NCBI GenBank assembly: GCA_951406725.2
Contig: OX597828.1
Location: 40,052,001-40,116,000, forward strand
Reading direction: 5' to 3'
Length of the DNA: 64,000 bases
DNA from: Octopus vulgaris
Taxonomy: Eukaryota
A program made the translations under genes and the position numbers. Shown here piece by piece: positions 48,615 to 61,735 of this stretch (positions within the stretch are counted from its first letter, which is position 1; every line of letters starts with the position of its first letter). Below the pieces are notes generated by a model. It saw only the letters and a program-made list of their open reading frames with translations. It did not search any database and had not been told where the DNA came from.

Positions 48615-51123
48615 ACTGAATCCTGAACCATGTGGTTGGGAAGCAAGCTTCTTACCACACATCCATGCTGTTTGTTAAATTTGAAGAAAAGAAAATTAAT
48701 ATGGGGGAAGTTTTATAAAATAGCTCAACTTTCTTATTATTAAACGGGTGTTTGGAACATAAATTAACAAGTTTGTCCATAAAATTATAAGTTTCTATTT
48801 AGATATGGACGCTTTGAAACAAGGTGTTTTGTAAAATGAAACTAGAGAGGGTTTGACATGAAAAAGTTATGGTTAAGCAAGTTACATACAAAATTTCTTT
48901 GTTTCGCTAATGTAAATTTTTTTTATACTATTAGACAAAAGCTGCTCTGGTCTCATTGAAGTTGCTTTGATGATACATTTTTATCTTTTTCAGGATCAGG
49001 GAAGACTTTTTTAACAGCTGAGTGAGCAATAAGTGACACGAAATTGTCATCTAATAACTACTAGTTTAATAGAAAGAGAAATGTTGTCAATAGTCTTTTG
49101 TGCAATAATAGCTCTGCACACATATGCATTACGTGTGTGCGTTTGTGTGTGTAAGTGAGTGAGTGTGTGTGTGTGTGTGGTGTATATTCAATACTCCATA
49201 CTATGTCATGCTACACTATCTACCTTTAAATACACACGCACAAAGTTATTTAAAATTGGAGAGAGAGGAATGAAAATTAAAATACAAAAATACAGAAAGA
49301 CTTGAATATATTTAAAAGGAGATAATGGAGAAGGCAAATTCATGAAGAAAAGACCACAAATAAGGGATAAGAGGCTGACATTGATAATCCAGCTAGAAGC
49401 AGCTGACATCTATCTCCCAGCTGTGTGACTAACTAAGAGGAAAATTTATCAAGCCAGCTGCTGATAAACACTCTTTCTCTCCTAAACACAGAAAAGATTT
49501 ATTTATTTATCCCACTGTTGTGTATATAATAATTACAATTACAGAGTACCACAGTAAAAACTTTTAAAAAAAAGGAAAAATGAAGATAACAAATCTAACC
49601 ACATTTTGATTGGGTCCAGTATGTGAACCCAAAAGTTTAAAGAAGAAACAGGAAGTCCTTAGTCTTTAAGTATAATTCCATTCACATCTAGAATGCTTTC
49701 CAGGAATATTAAATCAACTGCCTTAGAACTTGGTTGGTACTTTATTGTACTGATACCAGATGAAAGAAAGGTAAAGTTAATCATGATAAGATTTGAACTT
49801 AGAATGCAAAAGGATGTAACTATATACCACAAGGCATTTTGTTCAGCACTCTTATGATTCAGCCAATCCAAACTAGTTTGAATTTAGTTGCTTTTTTTAA
49901 ATTCCTTGTATAAGTCAATTAACTGAAACATCCTGAAATAACTACATTTTTACTGACTGGCATACGACATACAAAGTTTTAGTTTTAATAATTGTTATAA
50001 AATCCAGTTAAAACAAACAAACAAATAAAATTATTAATTAAAAAAAAAGATTTAAAGAATAATGACAAAAATATTGGGGGTTTCTGTTTCATTATCAGTT
50101 AATTAAAAAAATGAATAAGCAGTAATGTGAAGCAGAGATGAGGGTAGCAGTGTGAATGGGTGAAAAGTGTTTGACAAAAATATCTTGCATGACACAAGAT
50201 ATGGAGGATAACAAATAGAGAAGAGTGAAAATTGAGGAAGATGTGTAGAAGAAGTGAAGTCAGATCTCAGTATATAGGACCTCACGGGGAAAATTACAAA
50301 AGACTGAAACTGGTGATAACAAGCTGTGAAATAGACCTGTCCAACCCATGACAGCAATGGCAAAATAAATACTAAAACATTGGTCAATGAAAGAATTTGA
50401 ATACGGCTACTTGATTTGCCAAAATATAGCAGCCTAAACCTCCTCATCTTAAAAAAGGAAGGGCATTTTTAGAAAATATAGTCTTAGATAATATATTCTT
50501 AAAATAAGAAAGAATAGTTGTTGCTGGAATACCTTTCATCATGCTCAGCTTGATGAAGACCAACTTAGAGCTAGCTACTCGACAACAGGCATGAAAAGCT
50601 GATGATGGTGATGATGTAAAGGTTGTACAATGTTTGTATAATTTTTTAGCAGCAGTTTCTCTATTTATGTTTAACCGTTTATGAAAAAAAAAAAAAAAAA
50701 AAGAGAGAGAGATGCTGAAAGAATTTGTTGAAGGGTCAAATTCATAAAAAAAAAGAGAAAAATCTCATAGAAGACCAGTTTGGATGTTAATTTGTTAAGT
50801 TTACAAACATGTGAATATTTACTGAAGGGAGCAGAGCTGATCCTTAAATCCTTTAGAGGTGCTGAGTATTGGGTAAAAATGGTTTCACCAGCTAATCATG
50901 TATGTATCAAATAATAGCTTGACTAAAACTAGTGAAGTAATGATAAGCAATAATAGTATTTATCAAATGCTATGAGTCACCATAATAATTCTTTCAGGAA
51001 CAAAGAAACTCAATTATCTTCTTTACCTCTTTATGCATATTTCAAATAATAATGGGAAATTTATACAATTTACACACATTATATATATGTGTGTGTATAT
51101 GTATATATTTGTCTATATATAAG

Positions 51124-51164
<41 letters not shown>

Positions 51165-52259
51165 ATGAGAGAGAGGAAGAGAGAGAAATACATCACACAT
51201 AGGGATTTCAAAAGGGATACACCCTTTTCAATGATTGTATGTACTCTGAGAAAGAGAGAGACTTCTCTCTCTCTCTCTCTCTTTCTGTCAATAGGTGATC
51301 AGTGGTTTACTACATGGCACACTTCACAAAATGGTGTGAGAGCAACAGTGAAGTAGAATCCACTATTATACTCCAAGTGTCTATAAAATACTGTTTATAT
51401 AAACAATACAGAAATGCAAACAATTTAAATTATCCATGAATCATATTTAATTGTTCTTTCTACCTCTATAAAATCTACTTGAATAGGACAAGAGACAGCA
51501 AGTCTCCAAAAAAACAGGAGCTGAGCAAGGCAGAACAGAGAAGGGCAGAGCAAAGCTTAAGACAGGTAAGTGGAGATGGGTGGAAGCTGTTATTTCAATA
51601 TTACCATCAGTTATTCTAAATAAATATTATCCTTTAAGCTGCCTGCACTCTACAAGTACACTAAGTGTGAAGAAACGCAACTGGGAGATATGTGTAAAGA
51701 GATGGAGCCACAGAGGGAGTTTCTATGTGGTTGCCTGATATGTTAAAAATAACAGCTAAATATTCTTACTCCTATAAAAAGAAGGACACAAATACTAAGT
51801 TACAGAGGGGGAGTGCTAAGCAGTGGTAAGTAAAAATATAGTGTTATTATCAAGCATATTTGGACTTATAATAACATTACAAATACTAAGATCTTAGATG
51901 CAGTGCATCTGAAAAAAGATAAGCTGATCATGGCCAGAATAAATACTGTCTGATCATAGATCTGCTTGACCAAAATTGACCTGAGGCTAAACAACAACTG
52001 TAATGAAACAAGTCAATGAGAGAACTTCTGCATAATTACTTGATCTGCTAAAATGAACAGCCAAACCTCCTTCAGACCACATATCCTCCTGGCATGCTTC
52101 ACAAGATGACTTGACTCTACAATAACATCTTTGACAGCTCACTCACACACCCTATGATGTTAAAAGAAAGACATATTGGATAATATAGTCCTAGATCTAC
52201 AATTAAGTGTAAAGAAACTCAACTGGGAGATATGTGTAAAGAGATAAAGCCACAAAGGG

Positions 52260-52590
52260 AACATGGCTTAGCGGTTACAGCATCGGGCTCACAATCGTGA
52301 GGTAGTGAGTTTGATTCTCTGATCGAGCTGTATGTTGTGTTCTTGAGCAAGACACTTTATTTCATGTTGCTCCAGTTTACTCAGCTGTAGAAATGAATTG
52401 TGACGTTACTGCTACCAAGTTGTATCGGGCCCCTTTGCCTTTCCCTTGGATAACATCAGTGGTGTGGTGAGGGCAGACTGGTATGCATGGGCGACTGCTG
52501 GTCTTCCATAAACAACCTTGCCCAGACTTGTGCCTCGGAGGGTTACTTTCTAAGACCAATCCCATGGTCATTCACGACCGAAAGAGGTCT
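52260..52590 (+). mobile_element. SINE family D
   Basis: Matches consensus. Confidence 0.85.
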
Positions 52591-53291
52591 GTTACCCTAG
52601 ATCTACAATATATCCAAACAAAAAAAAAGAAGACAAAGATGGTTACAGCCAAACCGCTTTTGTTCATAGGTCTGCAGGATCAAAGCTGAACTGGAACTAA
52701 ACAATAACAATTGCAACAAAATGTGAATAAAAGGTAAGGTGGAACCTGCTTCACAACCACATTGTTTGGGGTTCAATCCCACTGCATGGCACCTTAGTTA
52801 ATTGTCTTCAACTAGAGCCCTTAGGCTGACCAAAGCCTTACGAGTGAACTTAGGAAATGGAAACTGAAAGAAGCCTATTGTGTATGTGTGTGTGTGAGAG
52901 AGAGAGAGTGTGTGTGTCTGCATCTGTGTTTGTTGCCCACTACTGCTTGGCCATTGGTGGTTTGTTTACACCCCTATAACTTAGCAGTTTGGCAAAAGAA
53001 ACTGATAGAATAAGTACCAGGCTTAAAAAAAAGTCGATTCGTCTGGATAAAAACTCTTCAAGGCAGTGCCCCAGAATGGTCACAGTCTAATGACTGAAAC
53101 AGGTAAACAACAGAACTGCATCATTGATTACAGGTGATCAACAGACCAATAACTGGTTCTCTGTATTTTCTGACAGTCAGAGAGACAAAGATGTGTTATT
53201 AGTTTTGAAGTTTTTTTGTTGTTATATCCTTTGCCATCAGCAAAATATAGACATACACACAAAAAAATGTATTTGTGTGTGAGACGGCGTA

Positions 53292-53398
53292 TTTGTAAAA
53301 GAAAAAGGTTGATAGTGACTTCAAAGTTTTTCCAGACAGTCTGATAAAGTCAATGACTAGTAGAACTTTGAAGTCACCGTCAACATTTTCTTTGCAAA
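53292..53398. ncRNA. Pre-miRNA-like imperfect hairpin
   Basis: Core arms 53308-53335 and 53357-53384 with a 21-nt loop, plus a basal extension. Confidence 0.3.
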
Positions 53399-53496
53399 AA
53401 TAAATATGATACTCAAATGCATTGAAAGATCTTATAAACAATGTTTGAATTCTTTTTATTTAATTATGCATAAAAACAAACATTTCTACATGTATA

Positions 53497-53852
53497 CAGG
53501 CACAGGAGTGGCTGTGTGGTAAGTAGCTTGCTTACCAACAACGTGGTTCCAGGTTCAGTCCCACTGTGTGGCACCTTGGGCAAGTGTCTTCTACTATAGC
53601 TTCGGGCTGACCAAAGCCTTGTGAGTGGAGTTGGTAGATGGAAACTGAAAGAGGCCCGTCATATATATGTATATAAATATATGTGTGTGTGTGTGTGTCT
53701 GTTCTTGTCCTCCCAACATCGCTTGACAAAAGGGACCGATAGAATAAGTACTGGGCTTACAAAGAATTAGTCCTGGAGTCGATTTGCTCTCGACTAAAGG
53801 CGGTGCGCCAGCATGGCCACAGTCAAATGACTGAAACAAGTAAAAGAGTAAA
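53497..53852 (+). mobile_element. SINE family A (older copy at about 52730-53105)
   Basis: Matches consensus. Confidence 0.88.
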
Positions 53853-54608
53853 GAACATATACATTCATGCATATATACCATATTTTCCAGCAGACAAGTT
53901 AAATTTTTCAGATTACAATTTATAGCCAAAAATGGTAAGTTGACTTATACCTAAGATGATTTTAGAAGACTAAATATTCCATATGAAATGCAGCAAGATT
54001 TGAAAAGAAAGTGATGATGCTTATGTATTTACACTACATGCTTCATTGACCTGTATGCCTGTGTCCACACAGATTCGATCTACTAAATTCCATTCACATT
54101 TTTGTCAACATACATCTATGGAAGAAGATACTTTTCCAATTTGTAGCATAGTGAGATTGAACCTGAAAACATGTACTTGCAAAGCAAACTTCTTAACCAC
54201 ACAGCCATCCTGAGTCCATATTACAAATTTGACATCAAATCCTTTAAAAATCCGAGTCAGGGAGAAGTGTTATCCTTAGCATCATTAATCAGGGCTCGAG
54301 TAAAAGCAAAGAATAGAAAGAAAAAAAGAAGTTACAAATATGTTGTTTAATCTTCCTCACATAAGCATTATTCTTGTTATTTCAAATGCCAAAAAAAAAA
54401 ATGGTAGCAAATACACGAGGGAGACGCTACCCAGTTGCTAGATCAGCTACAAATAACAGTAAAGAACTGTTGCCAATTCTAGTGCTTCTACACTGGCCTC
54501 TGCTCCACTGAACAAGATAGTTAGATACCCATCCATATTGGCTCATCTGACACATCATCTCTCCACCCCTGGTTTCTCCTACTCTGACTTACTACCCATG
54601 CTCTGCAC

Positions 54609-54796
54609 CAGTGATTTTCAGCCATTTTTTTCTGAAAGGTTACTTTTTGATCCTGTTAAATTATTAAGACCACCAATTGGAGCACAGTATTTTTTTCCCC
54701 TCATCATCTTTAAAAATCTTCAATGTAAAGAACAGAAGTGAAAATTTAAATCTAGTTCAAGTTAAGACCCCAAAGGAGTTCCTTTGAGAAACACTG
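54609..54796. mobile_element. hAT-type MITE (decayed)
   Basis: CAGTGATTTTCA / TGAGAAACACTG ends; similar to 56556-56807. Confidence 0.55.
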
Positions 54797-55037
54797 TTTT
54801 GCAGCACCCACTTTACCCAGTTGTTCCTCTCTTCTTATAGATGTACAAGTCAAACATAAAACAGAATCAAGCTCACCAACCTCAGAGGACCTACCAAAGT
54901 CAACCAAGGTCATGCATGTTGATACTTGTTTCTCACAAAGCTGTAAAACAAAATTCACTAAAGATCTGGTAAAGATTACTTCAACAAGAAATTCATCATT
55001 AACCCTTTAGCATTCAGATTATCATGTCAAACGTAAA

Positions 55038-55336
55038 AGGTAAAGACCCCCTTTGGTCATGCATGACCATGGAATTGCACCTAGAAAGGTCCTCTCTGAG
55101 GTACAAGTCTGGGCAAGGTTGTTTATGGAAGGTCAGCAGTCACCCATGCATACCAGTCTCTCCTCTCCATGCCACTGATGTGACATCACAACTCATTTCT
55201 ATAGCTGAGTGAAATGGAGCAATGTGAAATAAAGTGTCTTGCTCAAGAACACAACAAACAGCCCAGTCTAGGAATCGAACTCACTACCTCATGATTGTGA
55301 ACCTGACACTCTAACCACTGAGCCATGTGCCTTCAC
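55038..55336 (-). mobile_element. SINE family D nested in a TTAA MITE
   Basis: Splits the MITE at 54999-55510. Confidence 0.85.
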
Positions 55337-55949
55337 ATGTGCTTTCTGTCTAATGTTGTGCATATTTATTCACATTATCTTGTAGCTTTCGGATTTTGAT
55401 GATGTCATTGTTTATCTTTAGAACGACATTGTAGAGTAAGTGCGAGAGACCTGGTCTGGTCAATTAGAATATAAAACCTGATATGGCCAGTTTGAATGCT
55501 AAAGGATGAACCTTTTCAACACCAACCCATTCAAGACTGCCTCTATTAAAGTGTTTAAATTTAAATTCACATCTTGGATTGAAATCATTACATGAAAAAT
55601 AATATTAAATTTTTAAGTACAAACATGTCTTTTATTATTATTAATTAAACCTTTTATAGTTCCCGATCATTTTGAAAAACACATAGTCAATATATTCATG
55701 TTAGATTAGATTATATGATCACAAAAATGTTAAAGGCATTTTAGTATGTGACTTTCATTAGTTGTCTCTTCTGTTGAATATAGTAACAAAATATCTTCTT
55801 TGTCTCCAAGTAATGTTATGATTTGTAACTTTTCAGAGGTCATGATCAATGACAATGATACTCTAGGAATATTTGGGTAAGATATATTTGTGTCTCCTTG
55901 TATTGAGATTATTCTATGAAAATATGTCTGGCTATCGGAAAATATTACC

Positions 55950-56217
55950 TTAAGTTAAGTTAATTTTTTGGCTCAAAAAGCAAAAGCAAGGCCATGTAGG
56001 AGGACATGGAGTTATGTACAGGGAGGGTGTTCATGCAAAGAGTTCAGGCCATTTCTGGTCAAGAGAATCTTTGAACCGAGCAGTCGTCGGCATCTTCACT
56101 ATCTCGTCCGGCAGCTTATACCACGGATCCGCAACCTGGACGGAGAAAGCCCCTCTCCTTTGATTGAGATGAAGTCGTCGCAGATAGAGCTTTTCGGAAT
56201 GACCCCGCAGCCGACGG
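55950..56217 (-). mobile_element. CR1-type LINE 3' end
   Basis: Minus translation RRLRGHSEKLYLRRLHLNQRRGAFSVQVADPWYKLPDEIV..FKDSLDQKWPELFA-stop; (AACTT)n tail; CpG-rich. Confidence 0.85.
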
Positions 56218-56555
56218 TCTTACTTGGAAACAGGTGACGGCTGATGATAGGAAGGGTATCTAGCTGTAGAAAATTTACTCTAATAAACTCCGTTCAAACG
56301 AAGAAAGTATGGAAAGGTGAACATTAAAACAATGATGATGATGGTGATGATAGGCTCTAAGCTCTGTTCAACCAATGTGCTACCATCACAGCTGATGCTG
56401 ATTCAGTTTCTTCACATAACCATATCTTCCACCACTACTCTGACAGCCTTTGTTCCTACTAAATTGTACATAACACCTCCACTCAACCCAATATCTTACT
56501 CCTCTTGTTACTCACACCGTATCTCATTGCCCAGGAAGACATTGATGATCTACGC

Positions 56556-56807
56556 CAGTGGGTCTCAATCATTTTTCTCCTGTAGACCCCTTCAATTCCT
56601 ATTTTATGTTACTGGATCCCCATAGTATTCCACATTTGAAGAATCTTATATTTTTATAATGAAATATTATTAGGAATTGTATAAAAAATTCTTAAAATAT
56701 GTTGTTTATTGTAGAAATATAACCAGTTTTATTTCACATACATTTTAACAACAAAATCTTATAGGGACCCTGCCAAGGGCCATATGGACCCAGGTTGAAA
56801 ACTACTG
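56556..56807. mobile_element. hAT-type MITE
   Basis: CAGTGGGTCTCAA / TTGAAAACTACTG ends; 8-bp TSD ATCTACGC / ATCTAGGC. Confidence 0.75.
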
Positions 56808-58174
56808 ATCTAGGCAGAGTGAACTCGGTAAAGTGGGTCTATTTTAATCACAAGGTGAATAATAATAGTATAAGCTTTATAGATTGTGTTGTTGAGCACA
56901 GCTTCAGATTAATAACTCTTGTATATAATACTTTCTAATATTGGAACAATACTAAAACCCTTTAACTTTCAGATCACTCTGTCAAATGTAATGCTTATTT
57001 ATTCACATTGTTTGAAATTAATCATGCATTATTCTAAAGTTTTAAAGTGGTGAGCTGGCAGAATCGTTAGCACACCAGGCAAAATACTTAGTGGCATTTC
57101 ATCCGTCTTTACATTCTGAGTTCAAATTCCACTGAGGTCAACTTTGCCCTTCGTCCTCTTGGGGTTGATAAATTAAGTACCAGTAAAACACTGGGGTAGT
57201 TGTAATAGACTAGTCCCCTCCCCCAAATTTTCAGGCTTTGTACCTTTACTAGGAAGGATTATTTTGAAGCTTTGAAATTTTGATGATGTAACTTGTTTAT
57301 TTTTAAAACAATATTGTAGAGTTGGAGTGAGAGACCAGATCAGGCAAGTTTGAACATAGAACAAGCAAAATATTTTGGACAGATATGGCCAGTTTGAGAA
57401 GAAAGGTATATACTAAAGGTACATAGTAAGTACTGAAGATGGATTGTCTCCCACCCCACCTACTCTAAATATTTAATGATAATTGTTTTTTTGGACTCAC
57501 TGAAAGACAAAAGGCAAAGTCAACCATGACAAGATTTGAACTCGGAGTATAAAGCAATGGAACAAAATACTGCAAGGTATTGTGTTCACTGCTCTATTCT
57601 TTTTTTTTTTTGCATACAAATGTATGGATTGCAAAATACAAGTAAAATAGTCAATTGGTAGCAATTCAACAAAGAGTTAGCATGACATTGGAAGGTTTAG
57701 CAATATTTGATGTGAACACAATGTAACAAAGTAACAGACGCATGGGGTTTATTCTAAACCTAGACAAGTTAGTATTGCTGTATTTAAGGAGTATTAAAAC
57801 GCTGACTAGAAATAATATATGTTGTGAGACAGACAGATAAGTTTGTTGTTAACATATTTTATGCAGGGTGCTTTTGAAATAGTACCTTCAAATGTGGTGA
57901 GACAGATAGATAGAGAGACAAAGAGACAATTAGGTTAATGGTAATGTATTTAATGTATGAAGCATCAAAACTCTTAACTAAAAATATATGAGTTAAGGAA
58001 ACTGAGAGAACATTATTTAGTGACCTAATTTGGAAAGTAATTGAAACTTGAGGTCAAACTTTTAAAATTAAGACAGAGGAGAATTAAAGTAGGAGTCAGC
58101 AGTATTATGCCATACACAGTGCCAATGAATGATATAGTGTAATGTGGCTGTGTCAGTGATACAGTGGGGTTGTA

Positions 58175-58420
58175 GTGGAAGTGCGTGGCTTGGTGGTTAA
58201 GGTGTTAGACTCATGATCACAAGATTGTGCTTTCGGTTCCTGGACCGGGCGACGTGTTGTGTTTTTCAGGAAAACACTTCATTTCACATTGCTCCAGTCC
58301 ACTCAGCTGGCAAAAATGAGTAATCCTGTGATGGACCGGTATCCCAGGAGGGGAAATATATATGCCATGAAACCAGGAAACTGGCCCTTATGAGTCGGTG
58401 TGTCTCAAGAAGGTAATTTT
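58175..58420 (+). mobile_element. SINE with family D-like head and the tail seen at 42900-42980
   Basis: Tail CTGYGATGGACYGG..ATATATG..GAAACCAGGAAACTGG shared. Confidence 0.7.
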
Positions 58421-58515
58421 ACTTCACTTTTATAGTCTGGTTGTAGCAGTAGTATTAGTGGTGTAATACAGTTGTGATGTCAGTGGAATAGTGATCTGAT
58501 GTGGTGTTGGTGGTA

Positions 58516-58925
58516 TAGTGTGGTTGTACTGTCAGTAGCATAGTGTGGTTCTAGTGTCAATGGTAAAGTGTGGTTGTACTGTCAGTAGCATAGTGTGGTT
58601 GTACTGTCAGTAGCATAGTGTGGTTCTAGTGTCAATGATATAGTGTGGTTGTACTGTCAGTAGTATAGTGTGGTTCTAGTGTCAATGGTATAGTGTGGTT
58701 CTAGTGTCAATGGTATAGTGTGGTTGTACTTTCAGTTGCATAGTGTGGCTCTAGTGTCAATGGTATAGTGTGGATGTACTGTCAGTAGCATAGTGTGGTT
58801 CTAGTGTCAATGGTATAGTGTGGTTGTACTGTCAGTAGCATAGTGTGGTTCAAGTGTCAATGGGATAGTGTGGTTGTACTGTCAGTTGCATAGTGTGGTT
58901 CTAGTGTCAATGGTATAGTGTGGTT
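58516..58925. repeat. 25-bp minisatellite with two interleaved variants (16 full units)
   Basis: A=TAGTGTGGTTGTACTGTCAGTAGCA, B=TAGTGTGGTTCTAGTGTCAATGGTA; order ABAABABBABABABAB. Confidence 0.95.
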
Positions 58926-59219
58926 TATGTGCCAGTTGTTGGTGCTTAACCCAAAGTCATCCCTGATAGAGCAAAAACCAATGATTAAAGACAACTCAAT
59001 TGTGATCATCCTATATTTAATCTATGTGAAGGGTCTCCAGAACTACAATATCCAATGTTACCTTTCTTAAGTCAGTGGAGTGAGTGAAGGGAGATATGGC
59101 TGGTATTTCTAACAGGTCAAGCAAGCAACTACTGAGCTGCTGTAGATAGGCAGTATTATCTATGCTATAGTATGGTTATAGTATCACTAGTATTTAACAA
59201 CTTGTAATATTAAGCTGGT

Positions 59220-59820
59220 TAAGGCAGCGAGCTGGTAGAAATGTTACCACACCAGGTGAAATGCTTAGCAGTATTTTATCTGTCTTTACATTCTCAGTTC
59301 AAATTCCACTAAGGTCGACTTTGCCTTTCATCCTTTCAGAGTCAATAAATTAAATACCAGTTGCATACTGGGGATCAATCTAATTGACTGGCCCCCTCGC
59401 CAAAAATTTTGGGCCTTGTGCCTAGAGTAGAAAAGAATATTAAGCTTGTTAAAGACAGCGAGCTGGCAGAATCATTAGCATGTCAGGCAAAAAGCTTAGC
59501 AGTATTTGATCCATTTTTATGTTCAGAGTTTGAATTCTGCCAAGGCTGACTTTGTCTTTCATCCTTTCAAGGTCGAAAAAATAAGTACCAGTTGTGAACT
59601 GGGGGCCAATGTAACCAACTTGCCCCTTCCTCTGAAATTGCTGCCCTTGTGCCAAAAATTTGAAACCAATATTAAACTAGTTGAGTTCAAATTTCACTGA
59701 CAGCTACTTTACCTTCCATTCTTTTGGGGTCAATGGAATAAGTACCAGTTGTGCACTGGTGTCGATTTGACTAGCCCCTTCCTTCAAAATTTCAGGCTTT
59801 GTGCCTACTGTAAGAAAAGA
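59220..59820 (+). mobile_element. Three head-to-tail family B SINEs
   Basis: About 59220-59435, 59450-59668 and 59680-59820 (third is 5'-truncated). Confidence 0.85.
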
Positions 59821-60214
59821 ATAGAAGCTGGTGTTTGGTAAACAACTTTGAAATTGTTCACAAGTAAAAAGAGAAAAAATCTGATGGAATCTTCTCTTTC
59901 AATGCCTTGAAATTATTAATCATTCGATAATGAGTAATTTTTTTTTTTTTTTGAGATGAACAACTTTGAAATAAGTGGGTTTGGGGTGAAGGTCTCTCAT
60001 ACGCTGGTTTAAAAGTGGGGGGAGAGTTAAATAAATTTATGCATTTGAAAACTGCAGCTGGTCAAGTTTTTCAATGTGTCACAGCCTACTGGTCAAAGGG
60101 TCAACAGTTGGCATCCATCACTCATGCTCTACTATGCCTATAAACTCTGACTGGTCACAGTTTTTATCTAGCTGAAAATACTGCTCCTTCCCCATCACCA
60201 TCTTTTTTTTGACC

Positions 60215-60530
60215 ATGGGAAAGTGGTTGTTATAGACAGCTAGTTTTAAACGCTACTGTTATGGCCTGGAGAGCTATAACATCAAAGTCTGGGAACCAAG
60301 TCCTGATAAACAACTACCTGTACACTAAATTTTTCACTCACACCTTGCTGACGGTATGCATCTTTATGTGGTTGCACAGTTCTCCCCACCATGGTACACT
60401 GTCAAAGGTCTTCTCCATGTCAATGAATGCTAGATATAGTGGAACGCTCTTTACTAAGAACTTCTCTAGTCACTGTCTCTGTAGCAGTGATACTCATCCT
60501 GGCACAAACTTGAATAGCACCTCATCTAAG
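60215..60530 (-). pseudogene. LINE reverse-transcriptase remnant
   Basis: Minus translation ..FKFVPG..LEKFLVKSVPLYLAFIDMEKTFDSVPW (cf. RT motif AFIDLEKAFDRVP). Confidence 0.8.
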
Positions 60531-60984
60531 CTATTGCTCTTCTTTATTAGCTGGAAGAATTGTTGGAGCATCAAAAAAAAAAAAAAAAGAGGGAAAAAAG
60601 AAAAAAAAAGCTTTGCAGTATTTCTTCTGATACTATACATTCTGAATTCAGATCCCACAGAGGTTATGTCTCTGCCTTCTATACTTCTGGGGGGGTCAAT
60701 AAAAATAAAACACCAGTCTAAGTACTGGGATTGATGTTTTCAACTAATCCCTCCCTCAAAATTGTTGGTTTTGTTCCAAAAGTTATAGAAAGAATTAGTT
60801 GTGTTATTTTTGTAAGTTTGTTGACAGTAGTTGCTTCTTTCTGGGGCGTCCCCTTTGAAGCAGTTGTTGTTGAAACTATGATACTAGTCATTGGGAAAGA
60901 TCTCATCCTCTATCCTACCTGGTTGTCTAGCATGAGTCCCGTTTCATTGAATATTTTCACTGTATCAGTGACTATCTCTAATTT

Positions 60985-61735
60985 TCCAGTTACTTCCCAA
61001 GTTGTGAAATTGTAGCCTGCGATTTTTGTCATGGACAGGAAGTTGGAACAAAGAGCCAATGAGGAACTTTGCATTAAGCTAGAGACACTGAGCATGTTTT
61101 GGCAAGATTATGGCGATGAGGCAATGGGTCGTATGCAATGTTTTGAGTGGTACGGGTGCTTCGTAAGCCGCAGCTCAATCAAGAACATGTTTATAATTTT
61201 TTTCGAGATCCATAATATTGTGCATCAAGAATTCATCCCCCCCCCCCCGAGCAAGACCATCAGTTGAGAGTTCTACTGCAACATTTTAAAGCGCATGAAG
61301 GAGGACATTTGGCAAAAACAACCGGATCTGTGGAGCATGAAGAAATGGATTCTTCGTGACAACAATGCGCCTTGCCACTGACCTCTCCTCACTTGTGAAT
61401 TTCTTGCAAAAAGCAATATGGTATTGTTTATGCACCTACCCTATTCACCAGATTTAGCACTCGTGGACTTCCATCTCTTCCCCAAGATGAAAATGCAGCT
61501 CAAAGGTCGCTGCTTTAACACTGTTGTCAAGATCCAGAGTGAACCATAGAAGGTCCTCGACTCGCTTACGGAAAATGACTTCTGGGCCAGATTCCAAAAG
61601 TGACAGGAATGCTGGGACCAGTGTGTTGCTGCTGCAAGGTGACTATTTCGAAGGAGATAATGTTAAAACTTAGGTAAATAAATTATTTTTTTATTAAAGA
61701 TAACTAGCCCAGGAAATTTTTGATACCACTTCGTA
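60985..61735 (+). mobile_element. Mariner (Tc1/mariner) transposase pseudogene with right TIR
   Basis: MDRKLEQRA..; WIL..DNNAPCH; HLPYSPDLALVDFHLFPKMK; GDYFEG; end ..TTTTTGATACCACTTCG-TA; multiple stops and deletions. Confidence 0.9.

Noticed and set aside
58516-58925. CRISPR-like regular array
   Set aside because: No unique spacers, only two alternating variants; eukaryotic context and no cas genes
60261-61015. Longer plus-strand ORFs (157 aa and 94 aa)
   Set aside because: The first is antisense to an RT remnant and runs through a poly-A tract and a SINE; the second starts in a SINE tail and has no recognisable domain
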